In this document: piece by piece, positions 36,734 to 49,780 of the stretch
Numbering within the stretch: position 1 is the first letter of the stretch
How the letters are laid out: every line of letters begins with the position of its first letter
Source of the DNA: Octopus sinensis
Lineage: Eukaryota
DNA: 64,000 nt
Assembly: GCF_006345805.1 (NCBI RefSeq)
Contig: NC_042998.1
Location: 84,258,001-84,322,000 of the forward strand
Reading direction: 5' to 3'
The notes under the pieces: generated by a model
What the model was told of the DNA's origin: nothing
What the model saw: the letters and a program-made list of their open reading frames with translations, nothing else
Database searches by the model: none
Translations under genes and position numbers: made by a program

Positions 36734-39691
36734 TATATATATATATATATATATCATCATCATCATCATCATCGTTTAACGTCCGCTTATATATATATAT
36801 ATATATATATATCATCATCATCGTTTAACGTCCGCTTTCCATGCTAGCATGGGTTGAACGTCCCTCGTATATATATATATATATACGACGGGCTTCTTTC
36901 AGTTTCCGTCTACCAAATCCACTCACAAGGCTTTGGTCGGCCTGAGGCTATAGTAGAAGACACTTGCCCAAGATACCACACTGGGACTGAACCCAGAACC
37001 ATGTGGTTGGTAAGCAAGCTACTTACCACACAATCACTCCTGCACCTTTTGTCATATTTGGTGCCACGTTTTACAAAATTTTCGAGACAGAATAATATCT
37101 CTCTTCTTTCTATTGAATAGATCTTCAGCTCTTGTTTGCTTCCAGGAATCTTTGCGTTCAAGGAACTAGATTTCAAATTTGACAGATCTCTGCATATTTT
37201 GGAAAATTACTGACTTTTTCTAATGTTGGGAATACACCAGAATTGAGTTGCATTTTAGGAAGTGAGAGAGTAGAATCTTGCTTTGGTACATCATCATTGT
37301 AATCGTTCTACTTTTTTTTTATTTAAAACTTCTTATCCAGCCAAATTTCTGTTTGACTTTTAAAACTTGCTTATGGCTCTTCAATTAATATCTTGGCTGG
37401 AAGACAAGCTTCCTATCAGTAATGTACCTGGATCTTTCACGTCAGATTTTTTTTTTCATAGGGGATATTTAGTCTTAGGTGGTTTGTAGGTTTCTTATGT
37501 TTGTTTTCTGTATTTATGAAATGTCTTGAACCATAGAGCTGAAAATAAATCCATTGACTGTATCGAAGGATTTCCAGCTGATATTTCAAGCAAAAAGGCT
37601 CCTTGTCATACATAGATTAAGAAGGACAGGGGAGTAGTGGGTTTGTAGGTCCCTTGCATTTATTTTTTAGGTTTGAAAACTAAAACTGGATATCTTTTGA
37701 CCATAAGTCAGCTCAATCAGAACTGCCTTGAAGCTAAACACTATTACACATTCTTACATATATATACTTTTTGTATTATATGCCAATAGTAAGGCAGCAA
37801 GCTGGCAGAATTGTTAGCTGGGCAAAATGCTTAGCAGCATTTTGTCTGTCTTTACGTTCTGAGTTCAAATTCTGCAAAGGTCGACTTAGCTTTTCATCCT
37901 TTCAGTGTTGATGAATTAAGTACCAGTTGCATACTGGGGTTGATCTAATCAACTGGGCCCCCTCTCCCAAAATTTCGAGCCTTGTGCATCATCATCATCA
38001 TCATCATTATTTAACGTCCGCCTTCCATGCTAGCATGGGTTGGACGATTTTGACTGAGGGCTGGCGAACCAGACGGCCGCACCAGGCTCCAGTCTTGATC
38101 TGGCAGAGTTTCTACAGCTGGATGCCCTTCCTAACGCCAACCACTCTGAGTAAAAAAGAATTGTTAACTTAGCTGCATTTCACTTGTCTTTACATTCTGA
38201 GTTCAAATTCTACTGAGGTCAACCTTGCTTTTCATCCTTTTGGGGTCAACAAAATAAATACCAGTCAAGTACTAGGGTCAGTGGGATCGATTTTCCCCTC
38301 TTTTCAAAAACTACTGGCCCTGTGCCAAAATTTGGAACCATTATTTGCTTATAGTATTATTTATGATAAAGTATCAGTCGTCTGTTCATGACCTGATGAG
38401 CAGTGACTGATACTGTAGACTCTCATGTTTAATGAATAACAACAGTAATAATTGTATGTATTATAAAACATGAAGTTTTTTAAAGTGATTGATATTGATT
38501 CTGCAAAATTAAACAGAAGCCTCCATCATAGCTGATTCATTGTCAGCTGATGCAGGTGTAAGTTGTTTAGCTCCAGTTCAGCTCTGATCAAGCAGACATA
38601 TAATTAAAGGCATTCCAGCCATGACCAGCCCATCTTTTCATTCATATTTGTACTTTTGTATTTTGCTCACTATCAGTGCTTGTTAGACTTTTTAAACTAT
38701 CACTTTTCTTTTACTAATAGTTTTTTTCAGCACCAACTCCCAACCACCATTTTTTGATTCTTTAACATTCAAACTACTCTGTCAAATGTAATGCTTATTT
38801 AGTCATATTATTTTGAATTAATCATGCATTATCTCATAACTTCAAGATTTTTGATAATGTGATTGTTTATTTTTAGAATGTCATTAGGTGTAATAGGCTG
38901 GATCTGGCCAGTTTGGACATAATGCAGGTAGAATATTTGGGCCAAATATGACCTATTTAAATACGTAAGGGTTAATATACATACATGTAATATCAGGTCA
39001 GAGTAATTTAATTCCAATTATAAGTTTGCGGTCAACCATCACTTTAGTCCACATGAAATTACTGAATTGTGGGATGTTACTGCATATGGTTATAGAAACC
39101 AAATGGAATAACACGATTATGAACACCTAGTCTTTAGAAATCTGGCACTCAGTGGAAGACGACTCAGGCCATGACAACCCAGCCAACACATGTCAGCATG
39201 GAAATTAGATGTACAATGATTATGCTAAACAAATGTCTCTGCTCCCAAGTTTTGTAAAAGCACCCGTTACACTCTTGGAGTGGTTGGCATTATGAAGGGC
39301 ATCCAGCTGTAGAAACTCTGCCAGATCAAGACTGGAGCCTGGTGCAGCCATCTGGTTTGCCAGTCCTCATTCAAATCGTCCAACCCATGCTAGCATGGAA
39401 AGCGGACGTTAAACAATGATGATGATAATATGTCATCATCATCATCATCATCAGTCCACTTTTCCATGCTTGCATAGGTCAGACAGAATTTGTTGAGGTA
39501 GATTCTTTACAGCTGGATGCCCTTCCTGTCTCCAACCCTTACCTGTTTTCAAGCAGGGTAAGATTTTCCCATAGCTTGATGTTTTTCATGGAAAACTTGG
39601 AATGAATAACCTTGCTTTTATGATGATGATGCTTATTTACAACCATCATGAAATACTTAGATGAGAGTACACATAAACATGCACATACAAT

Positions 39692-39745
<54 letters not shown>

Positions 39746-41189
39746 TCATGATGGGCTTCTTTCAATTTCCATCTACCAAATCCACTTTGGTCAACTTAAG
39801 ACTAAAATAGAAGACACTTGCACAAAATGTCACACTGCAGGACTAAACTTAAGAGCACATGATTGGAAAGCAAGCCTCTTAACCACATAGCTATGTTTTT
39901 GGCTATATATATATATTTAATTATGATGCTGCTGCTATATATTTGCATAACAGGCTTCTGTACAGTTTCCAGCTACTAAATTTTACCCAAGGATTTGGTG
40001 AACCAGAAGCTGTAGTAGAGGACATCAGCTGAAGGTGCCATAGTAATATCGAACTCTAAATCACTGAATGTGATGTGCCATATCACATTGATATGATGTA
40101 GCATGTATATGTAACACTTAAAGGTTCTTGTGTTGGCGTAACGATTGAACATCGAAGAATCAACACCAAGAAGGAAGAAATATTTACATTTGCCTGACAG
40201 GTAGTTAAAGAGACAAAAGTAATCGTAGTGGCAGTGTAGAGGAAGGTTGGCTCACTGGTTAGTAGTTGGTAGTGTGTAGAAGTTGTCTGTCAGTAGAGAG
40301 TGAAAGAGTAAGGAATGCACGGTGCTGACTAGAAAGGATAAAGGTCACATACATCATCTTTCTTGCGGCTGGAAGCCTCTTTTTGCATGTTGAGCGAAGG
40401 GAAGTGTTGCTCTTGGTCATGGCTGACGCAGAAGAGACTGTTGCTCCTTGGTCTACTGATACAAAAAAGAGGAAGAGATAGGAAGTGTTCTTTGTTACAA
40501 AGACTGTGGTCAGTAATGTAGGTCAAACCTTAAACAAAAGACTGACCTTTCCTTGGCCAGCACAAGTCCTAAGGGGTTGAGTATTTCCTCATCAATCATC
40601 TAGTGTGGAGAGGATTTCCCACTCATTTTGACAAGCAACAAGCAGGTGGATTTGGTTTCAAATCTCAGGCCCGGTGAAGTGAAGTCCCTACCCTCTAAAT
40701 CACAGTTACAAAGCAAACTACTTAACTATACAGCCATGCCTAAGCTTTTGACAAAGTAAATTCATATTCAATTAACAAATGAAATTATCCATCCTCAAAT
40801 ATCAAATATTAGGACACATAAAAAACTGATTGGAGAAGATAAAATTATAGAGAGAGTAATTTTTTTTGTATTGTTTCCTAATTTAGCATTTAAAATGTTC
40901 ATATCAGGCCCAAATATTTTACCAGTTTTATGTTCCAACTGGCCAAATCCAGCCTCTCACACCTACCCAAAAAGTCATTCTAAAAATAAACGCACACATC
41001 ATTGAAATCTCAAAGTTACAATGTAATTAATGGTTATTCAAAACAATGCAAATAAATAATCAATACATTTGACAGAATAATCTGAATGCTAAAGGGTTAA
41101 TGTTTGATAAACTTATTGAGTTGACATGCTCAAGGAAATTTAATTTGGCATTTTACATGTTATTTTCATATAGCAACTGATCTGCAACC

Positions 41190-41291
41190 ATGGAAACATC
41201 TGCTTGTATAAAAGCTCTTGTGTTCGCCACTACTCAGTATTATAATAACAAGACTGACTCAACCCTTGTGCACTTGCAACGTCAATTAGAT
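41190..41291 (+). CDS. CIP2A: CIP2A coding exon 1: METSACIKALVFATTQYYNNKTDSTLVHLQRQLD
   Basis: Acceptor tag| at 41173, ATG in ACCATGG context, gat|gtaagt. Matches human [34 protein letters not shown]. Confidence 0.9.
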
Positions 41292-41989
41292 GTAAGTAAC
41301 GCTTTACAAGTTATTTATACACTCATACCTACATTTTTTGGTAGATATTTATTACTATGCTTGTCTCAATTTGAACTTGACAGCCATGGTTTTCTGTGGC
41401 TTTCTATGTATTTTGAACAAATCTAACCATCAAAACTGTCAGGTACTTAAGGTAAATCACAACTTTAAAGTGAAATGATTGTAGTTGTAAAAATTTACCC
41501 TCTTTGTTTTCAGATGAAAAATAACATTACTGAATACTATAATCTTATAAAATATTCAAAGTCAAAACATCATCATCATCATTTAACATCTGCTTTCCAT
41601 GCTGGCATGGGTTGGATGGTTTGACTGAGGGCTGGCAAGCCAGAAGGCTGCACCAGGCTCCAATATGATCTGGCAAAGTTTTTACAGCTGTACGTCCTTC
41701 CTAACGCCAATCACTCCAAGAGTGTAGTTAGTGCTTTTTATGTGTTGCCAGCACTGGCAATGATCATGCTCAAATGGTGCTTTTTACATGCCAGTGGCAC
41801 TGGCATTGACCACGCTCAGATGGTGCATTTTATGTACCTAGTTATTTCACTGATTTCTCTTTTTTAACTTTTATTTGTTATTTAACTGATTTCTTTTTTC
41901 ACTTATTGGGTTTGGAGGAAAGGGCAATGCCCTTGGCCTATACAGGCCCTCTGATGAGAGTAATACTGCTAACAGTCTGCTTAAGCTAT

Positions 41990-42360
41990 TGCAAGTTGAC
42001 ACCAGGAGTGAGTTCCAGAGGATCAATGTTCTGAAGAAGATCTGTGCTTAGTGGTTGGTGTGGAAGGAGAGATGAATGAATTAGAAATGCCTGAATGGAG
42101 ACCAGTCAGTTCTAAGGAGCAGTGGCTGTTAAAATGATAGTAAAAATGGCTGAGAGAGAGGTGAGAGTGTGCATCTGGTGTATGCCTGTTAATGACTTGA
42201 GTAATGTTAATCAACCAAGTGTCTTTTCCTGGGTGTTGTCAGGGATGTCTGTGTCCAGCAGCAACACTGCCTCATGTGTGGGAGCACTGTTCCATTATAG
42301 GCCTCACCTGAGCTTTGTAGAAATTCAGTGATTGTATCTCTTAGTTATGACTGCATCTTT
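41990..42360 (-). mobile_element. CR1/L2-like LINE fragment
   Basis: Minus translation FYKAQVRPIMEQCSHT.. followed by SLSHFYYHFNSHCSLEL; same family as 14000-14520. Confidence 0.55.
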
Positions 42361-42620
42361 AAGATCCAGTCCTAAATAAATTAAGGATGATAAGGGATTT
42401 GTTTTGTTTTGTCCTCTATATAGACGACTATGCACGCCACCATTACTAATGGTTCCAAAGTGAAATATGTTTGCTGTAAAGGAGTGCAAAAGTTCAGATG
42501 CTGCTAGTCTTCAATCATCATTCATTATTCACTACCTTACACCACCATATCTCTTACACTTGTTAATCAAATATGAACAATACATACGCTCTTCAAATTA
42601 TTATGTGCATTTGATTTCAG

Positions 42621-42780
42621 GTTATGATTGGAGTTACAGCCCAACGATCAAACAGTAAATATTTCCTTCCACCTCAACTGGCAGCTACAGAATGTCTGAC
42701 TTGTTTAGTGGATGTCTTATCTGATCCCAGCACTGTACGACATTTGTCACTGAAATGTATCCAACTACTTAGTAACTTAG
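42621..42780 (+). CDS. CIP2A: CIP2A exon 2: VMIGVTAQRSNSKYFLPPQLAATECLTCLVDVLSDPSTVRHLSLKCIQLLSNL
   Basis: cag|..g|gtgagt. ECLxCLVxxLxDP matches human SECLSCLVELLEDP. Confidence 0.93.
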
Positions 42781-43411
42781 GTGAGTAAACAAACTTAGTA
42801 CACTGCTTTCTCTCTTTCTCTCTCTGTCTCTACCTCTACCTGTATATAGATACACCTTATTTAAAAGTAGCAGAAATATCACAAAAACTGTTACTCAGAG
42901 TTTCATGTTCTTGTTCGTTGGACAGTTTTGTTAGAATGGAACAGAAATGATGATATAATCAAACAAAAACTAGTTTAAAGGATACACCTTTGAAAATCGT
43001 TTTGTTTCATTGGTCCTTTCAACAAACGGTCTTAAGCGTGCAATAAATAAAATAAATTCAGTATAAATTCATCCTATTGTAAAATTGAAGGACTGATTCC
43101 AAATACATATGGTAAATATGCGAAATATAAATCAATTAATACATTAAAATTAAAATTTAATATTTTCATGCTACATTACATAAATATTTTTTTTCAGGGG
43201 TATACTCTTTTACTTGTTTCAGTCATTTGACTGCGGCCATGCTGGAGCACCGCCTTTAGTCGAGCAAATCGACCCCGGGACTTATTCTTTGTAAGCCCAG
43301 TACTTATTCTATCGGTCTCTTTTGCCGAGCCGCTAAGTGACAGGGATGTAAACACACCAGCATCGGTTGTCAAGCAATGCTAGAGGGACAAACACTGACA
43401 CACAAACATAT

Positions 43412-43444
<33 letters not shown>

Positions 43445-45765
43445 CATATATACGACAGGCTTCTTTCAGTTTCCGTCTTCCAAATCCACTCACAAGGCTT
43501 TGGTTGGCCCGAGGCTATAATAGAAGACACTTGCCCAAGATGCCACGCAGTGGGACTGAACCCGGAACCATGTGGTTGGTTAGCAAGCTACTTACCACAC
43601 AGCAACTCCTGCGCCTATATACACATACCAAACCATCTATAATATACATATGAATGTGGAACCATGTGGTTGGGAAGCATACTTCTTACGACGCAGCCCC
43701 TCCTATATTTATAGCAGCAGCCATAACTGTGTGGTAAAAAGATTGCTTCCCACCCATACAGTTTTGGGTTTAGTCATACTGTGTGGCACTTTGGGAAAGT
43801 GTATCCTATTATAGCCTCAGGCCAACCAAAGCCTTGTTAGTGGATTTGGTACATTGCAACTGAAAGAAGCCCATCATATGTGTGTGTGTGTGTGTGTGTG
43901 TCCCACCATCACCACTTGACAATTGGTGTTGGTGTGTTTATGTCCCTATAACTTAGCGTTTCAGCAAAATTGACCAACAGAAGAAGCCTTTAAAAAAAAA
44001 ACAAGTACTGTGGGGGAGGGGGGTCAATTCATTCAACTAAAATTCTTCAAGGTGGTACCCCAGTATGGCCACAATCTAATGACTGAAACAAGTAAAAGAT
44101 AAAGACAAAGGACATTATTATCATAATCAACATTTAACATCCATTTTCCATGCTAGCATGGGTTGGGTGGTTTGACAGAGACTGACTAGGACAGGGGCCA
44201 CACCAGATTCCATAGTCTGTTTTGGCATGGTTTCTGCAGCTGGGAGGCCTTCTTAATGCCAACACTTTTGAGAGTGTACTGGGTGCTTTTTATGTGGAAC
44301 CTTACCTTGATTTTACCATATATATATATAAATCATCATCATTGCCTTCCAAGCTGGTATTGGTTGGACGGTTTGACGGGAGCCAGCCAGGTAAAAGACT
44401 ACCCTAGGCTACTGTGTCTGTTTTGTCATGTTTTTTTTACAGCTGGATGCCCTTCCTAACACCAACCTCCCTGCATCAGTAGTTCATATATCTGTAAAAG
44501 AAGTACACTGTAAAACATTAGAGCAATAATATATTTTTTAGGAAGTTAATTGTTATGCCCAGTTATAGAGTGACCATTGGTTTCACACCTATAAAGTGCT
44601 TAGCAGTATAGATGACTCATCACACTCAAATGGCTTGAGGAGCATGATCTCTCTACAATTGGAGGAAGAAATACTTCACAATCAGTTTTGTAAACAATAA
44701 TATTTGTCTGTGCTAGGGGTACTGCCAGCAAGACAGGGTTATGTCTCTTAAATTGGCTCCATCCTTGATATTTGAAGCTGCAGTGGACCTATGCCACAAA
44801 TGGGGAATTCCAAGCTTGTAGTAGAAAACGTTTTAGATGAGGGCAATGACTAAATACATTTTTCCTGGAGTTTAAAAAGTTCCTGAAGTCAAGCAATTTT
44901 TTTAGGATTCTTGCCAAGCAAACTTACCTTACATCATTTGCTCCCATTTATATAATTCCCCAGTTGTTCAAGGAGCTTCCATTTAGTTATCTATGGGGTT
45001 CCATCCTCTTTTAAGCACCATACATGGTTGACCAGAGAAGTGATATTGTACATTCCCTGTATCCTAAAAGAGGACCTGTAGTTGTTCAGATGTTGTTACA
45101 GACAGACAGATGGAGATCAGCTTTGCTTTTATAAGATAAGATATATAACTATACATGTGATGGGTTTCTTTCTACTAAATCTACTCTTATTTTTAAAAAT
45201 TTATTTTAATGAAATATTTTATTTTTGCTTGTTTATTTAAGTAACCAATGTAATTCTGCAGTAAATAATTTAAGTAACCGAGTGTTTCTATGTTTCTATA
45301 TGGCAAATGTTCAGTTTTCATTTTGCAAACTGAACAGAAGTTTTAGCCTCTTACCCAGCAAAGACAAGTTAACTTGTCTTCACCCAATTTATCTTTTCCA
45401 GAATGTGACGAGTAAATTTGTCCAAAACATATAATTTCAAAAGCAGCCACTGACAAGTTTATACATCAATTCTCAGCATTTCTCAGTATTTTTTTCTTTT
45501 TTTTTTTAATAAATTATGCCCAGATGTTGAGCTCAGAAGATGACAATGAATATGAACAAACCTTCTATTAGAAGCTTGGATACATCAGATGAGAGTGCAA
45601 GCTCATCTGATAAAAAATACTTTGTCTGAAAATGAAATTTTTTCTCCAAAAAAAGTTGCTAGAGAAAGGGTTAAAAACCAGAAAGTTCTTCAAGTGATCC
45701 TAATTAATTCTTTTATTGTAATTTTTTGAAAAATATTTTTCTTAATTGTTTTTATTTTCTTTCAG

Positions 45766-45878
45766 TGCATGAACCCCAAATTCGGACAAGCTTATACAAA
45801 GATTTTAATTTGTTTGCTGCTTTAGCCAGTCTAATTATAAATAATTCTAATAAAGCATCAGATAATTTGGCTTTGGAT
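45766..45878 (+). CDS. CIP2A: CIP2A exon 3: (V)HEPQIRTSLYKDFNLFAALASLIINNSNKASDNLALD
   Basis: cag|..gat|gtaagt. Phase 1 in, phase 0 out, consistent with neighbours. Confidence 0.88.
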
Positions 45879-47372
45879 GTAAGTTATTTGACTTTCATAT
45901 TATTCACTTGCTTTTTCTTTATTTTTCTCTTTTATTTTCTGTTAATCAAAAGAGCCACGACTTGATAGGTGTAGTTTTGTGATTAAGAAGCTTACTTCCC
46001 AACCATATAGTTTTACGTTCAGTCCCACTGCATAGCATCTTGGGCAAGTTTCTTTTTACTATAGCCCCATTTCAACCAAAGCCTTATAAATGGATTTTGG
46101 TAGACAGAAACTGAATGAATTCTATCATATATGTGTGCATGTGTTTGTATATATACTGTTTTCTCCCCCGTCCTCTCTAATTTCCTTTTTTTCCCTTTCA
46201 CCGTTTTCTGTCTGTTTCTCTTTTTTCCCCCCCTTCTTTCTCTTTTTCTCTCTCGTTGCTCACACATGACCATTGTCCAACTTTCTTTTCCTCACATGAT
46301 CATCTGTCTTTCCTGCACAGACGTTCTAAAGATTGGACATCTCCTATCTCTCTCCTCTATCTTTTCTCTTTCCAAAGAAAATATTTCTCTCAGCATTCAC
46401 TATTTTCCCCTCATTCAGGTCTAACGACCCTCCATGTTTGTTTTCATTTGTTTTCCCTGTATGTTTCCACTGTCCTGTTTTTGTTCCGAACTTTGACCCT
46501 CCATAAATCCCAAATTTTATTTTGGTATTTATGGAACCACTGTCTTCAAAGACACATATTGTCATTGATTGCTCAAAATGGGGAGTAGACAGACCGCTGA
46601 AAACTGATGAAGGGTCATTAATTGTATTCTTTGTATCACTTGTCTTTCCATTTTTTCTTTTGTTATTTGTGTATTTAACTCATTTGTTTTTGTTTTTCAT
46701 GTTGTTTACTGTTGGTGATGTCCTGTACCCATATATGCATTTATTTATATATACTCTTTTACTTGTTTCAGTCATTTGACTGTGACCATGCTGGAGTACC
46801 ACCTTTAGTTGAACAAATCGACCCCAGGACTTATTCTTTGTAAGCCTTGTACTTATTCTATCGGTCTCTTTTGCCAAACCACTAAGTTATGGGGATGTAA
46901 ACACACCAGCATCGGTTGTCAAGTGATGCTGGGGGAACAAACACAGACACACAAACATATACATATATACGACAGGCTTCTTTCAGTTTCTGTCTACCAA
47001 ATCCACTCACAAGGCTTTGGTCGGCCCAGGCTATAGTAGAAGACACTTGCCCAAGGTGCCATGCAGTGGGACTGAACCCAGAACCATGTGGTTGGTAAGC
47101 AAGCTACTTACCACACAGCCACTCCTATATATATATATATATTATTTATATTTGTATTTAGTTAAAAATATGATATCTAGTTCTGTGTTCAAATCTCACA
47201 GATTCCACTTTATCTATCCTTCTGCAGAGATGATAAAATATACTCTAGAAACATACTGGATCAGTTTTATTATATTTTTTTCCTTTGTGATGATTGTTTT
47301 CTGCTGTGCATGTATGCATGCATATGTGTGAAGTTTCCTTCTTTTTTTTTTAATTCTTTTTTATGATTTCAG

Positions 47373-47467
47373 TCTGTGCAGCTTCTTCAAAAAATCACCT
47401 ATGGCCAGGCTATTAATTTTTATGAAAACTACTATGAAGACCTCATTAGTTATCTTGTCAAGCAGAT
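47373..47467 (+). CDS. CIP2A: CIP2A exon 4: SVQLLQKITYGQAINFYENYYEDLISYLVKQ(I)
   Basis: cag|..at|gtaagt. Matches human CIQLLQKLTYN. Confidence 0.93.
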
Positions 47468-47734
47468 GTAAGTATAATGTGCTATTTTGGTTGAGTTAGT
47501 TAGAGAGAGAGAGTTCTGGACTATAAGTATCATTGCTAAGCTCCAGGTCAGCTCTGACAGAGCAGACCTATGATCAATAGTTTTCTGGCAGGGACAATCA
47601 TCCCATCTCTTTTTTTTTTATTGTATAATGTGTCAAAGATTACATTATCTAATGCGTCTGTTCTTTCTTAAGGCATTAATGTGTACCCCAGTTTTTAGAA
47701 TAGGTACATCATCATCATCATTGTTCAACCTGTA

Positions 47735-47995
47735 ATGATATGCGTAAGATCTGGTCATCAAATCTAAGTAGAGACTTCAAACTTGAAATCTTGAAAGCCA
47801 CAGTCGAACCAATTCTACTATATGGCTCAGAAACCTGGACGTTATCAAAGAAGCTTGAGAGGCGGTTGGATGGAACTTACACTCGCCTCCTTATGAGAGC
47901 TCAAAATCTCTTGTGGAAGCGTCATCCAACCAAAATGCAAATATATGGGAAACTACCACCTGTGTCATCTCTTGTGAAAGGTAGAATAGGTACAC
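47735..47995 (+). mobile_element. RTE-clade LINE fragment with a short open frame
   Basis: KIWSSNLSRDFKLEILKATVEPILLYGSETWTLSKKLERRLDGTYTRLLMRAQNL is the typical LLYGxETW post-RT region. Confidence 0.8.
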
Positions 47996-49683
47996 TGTAT
48001 TCCTGCATGCTGTAAGGGATAACTGAAAAGTATTGGCATCAAGAAAGGCACTCAACCATCAACCACTGCTGGGAAAAGACTCATCCAACTCATGCCTGTG
48101 CAGAAAAGTAGATGTAAAAACATGATAAGGAGTGATTTCAGGAATATTGTTTGAAAGCTATTTTTAGTAGGTCAAGCAATGACAGAGAGGCTCGTTTGTA
48201 TTTGTCATGAAATCATACTCTCTCCATTTGCTTCTAATTTATTTTCCCCTTGTATAACACCTCTCTCTAACCAATTAACCAATTTTCCTTGCTAGAAGCA
48301 CCCATGCTGATGCTACATAACAAAGCATTTTTGTTGGCTCTATGTACAAAAACAGCTACACTGGTCCCACATAAAAGAACACCTGTGCTGGTACCATATA
48401 AAAAGCACCTATGCTGGCACCATGTAAAAAGCACCCAGTACACTCCACAAAGTGGTTGACATTAGGAAGGGCATCCTGCCATAGAAACCATGCCAAAACA
48501 GACAATTGGAACCTGGTGCAGCTTTCTGGCTTGCCAGCTCCTGTCAAACCATCCAACCCATGCCAGCATACAAAAGAGACATTAAATGATGAAAGGGATG
48601 ACTGAGATAGCAATTTTTAAAGTAATTATTACTTTTAATGCTAGATACTTCAATTGTAAATAGAAAGTAATTTATTCTGTTATTGTGCTGGGTGAAGTTA
48701 TGGACTTTGTTCAAAAGTAACATTTTTACAAGAGCATCCAACATATTTAATTCATGTTTTGAGAAAGTGTAACAGTCTGACAAATGGAGGATTATAACTT
48801 CATCCTAACTGGATCTCATTTATCTTCAGTGAAATCAGTGCTGTTATAACCACATATATCATCATCATCATCATTGTTTAATGTCCATCTTCCATGCTAG
48901 CATGGGTTGGACAGTTCGACCGGGGTCTGGGAAGCCAGGAGGCAGTGTTTCTACAGCTGGATCCTCTTCCTAACGCCAACCACTCTGAGAGTGTAGTGGG
49001 TGCTTTTTACATGCCACCGGCACAGGGGCCTAAGGAGGCTGGTAGTTGTATAATTACTGCTATGCGATTTTATTTATTTTTTTATTTGACTGGTCCAGGT
49101 TCTCAAATTGTTAGCTATTTTCCAGTACATTCCATGAAGTGGCTGATTTTTGGAAGGGCATCCAGCCATAGAAACCATGTCCAGGCAGACCTTGGAACTT
49201 GATGTAGTCTTCTGGCTAGCTGGCTTCTGTCGAACTGTCCAACCCATGCCAGCATTGGAAAACAGGCTTTAAATGATGATGATGTGAGATTTCAAAAATA
49301 CAAGAAGCTTTGAATATACATATCACATTATCTGACAATATTATGTTGATATATTCACATTTCACCTCTAAGTCGAGCAGAGATTTAATTTGTATTGTGT
49401 TAAGTATTGTTACCAATAGTTATGTGATGACCTGGTTATTTGTTCAGTAATGGACAGTTGCCTGTCAAACGTCAATGAGAAACCATTCCTAGAGTTCATT
49501 CTTCGATGATTATATTAAATAGTATAAAACAGCAATAACAGTAGCACTGTTTATAATGAAATTGTCCCCAGGTTTATTGCCTAAATAAGACCTGTTTCAT
49601 TCGCTATGACTAAGATAATTCTGTGATGCTTCTAAACATTACCTTTTATTTAAAATTACGCAATAACCACTTCTTTATTCCAG

Positions 49684-49780
49684 ATTACTTCCTGAAAACT
49701 CAGTCACGCTGCCTTGTCTTGGTTTATTGGCTAATCTTTGCCGCAACTGTAATACCATACAGGTTTTCATCAACAACATG
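49684..49780 (+). CDS. CIP2A: CIP2A exon 5: LLPENSVTLPCLGLLANLCRNCNTIQVFINNM
   Basis: cag|..atg|gtaaca. PCLGLLANLCR is identical to human CIP2A. Confidence 0.96.

Noticed and set aside
46600-46625. CTGATGAAGGG as a hammerhead start
   Set aside because: No stem II partner or GAAA follows.
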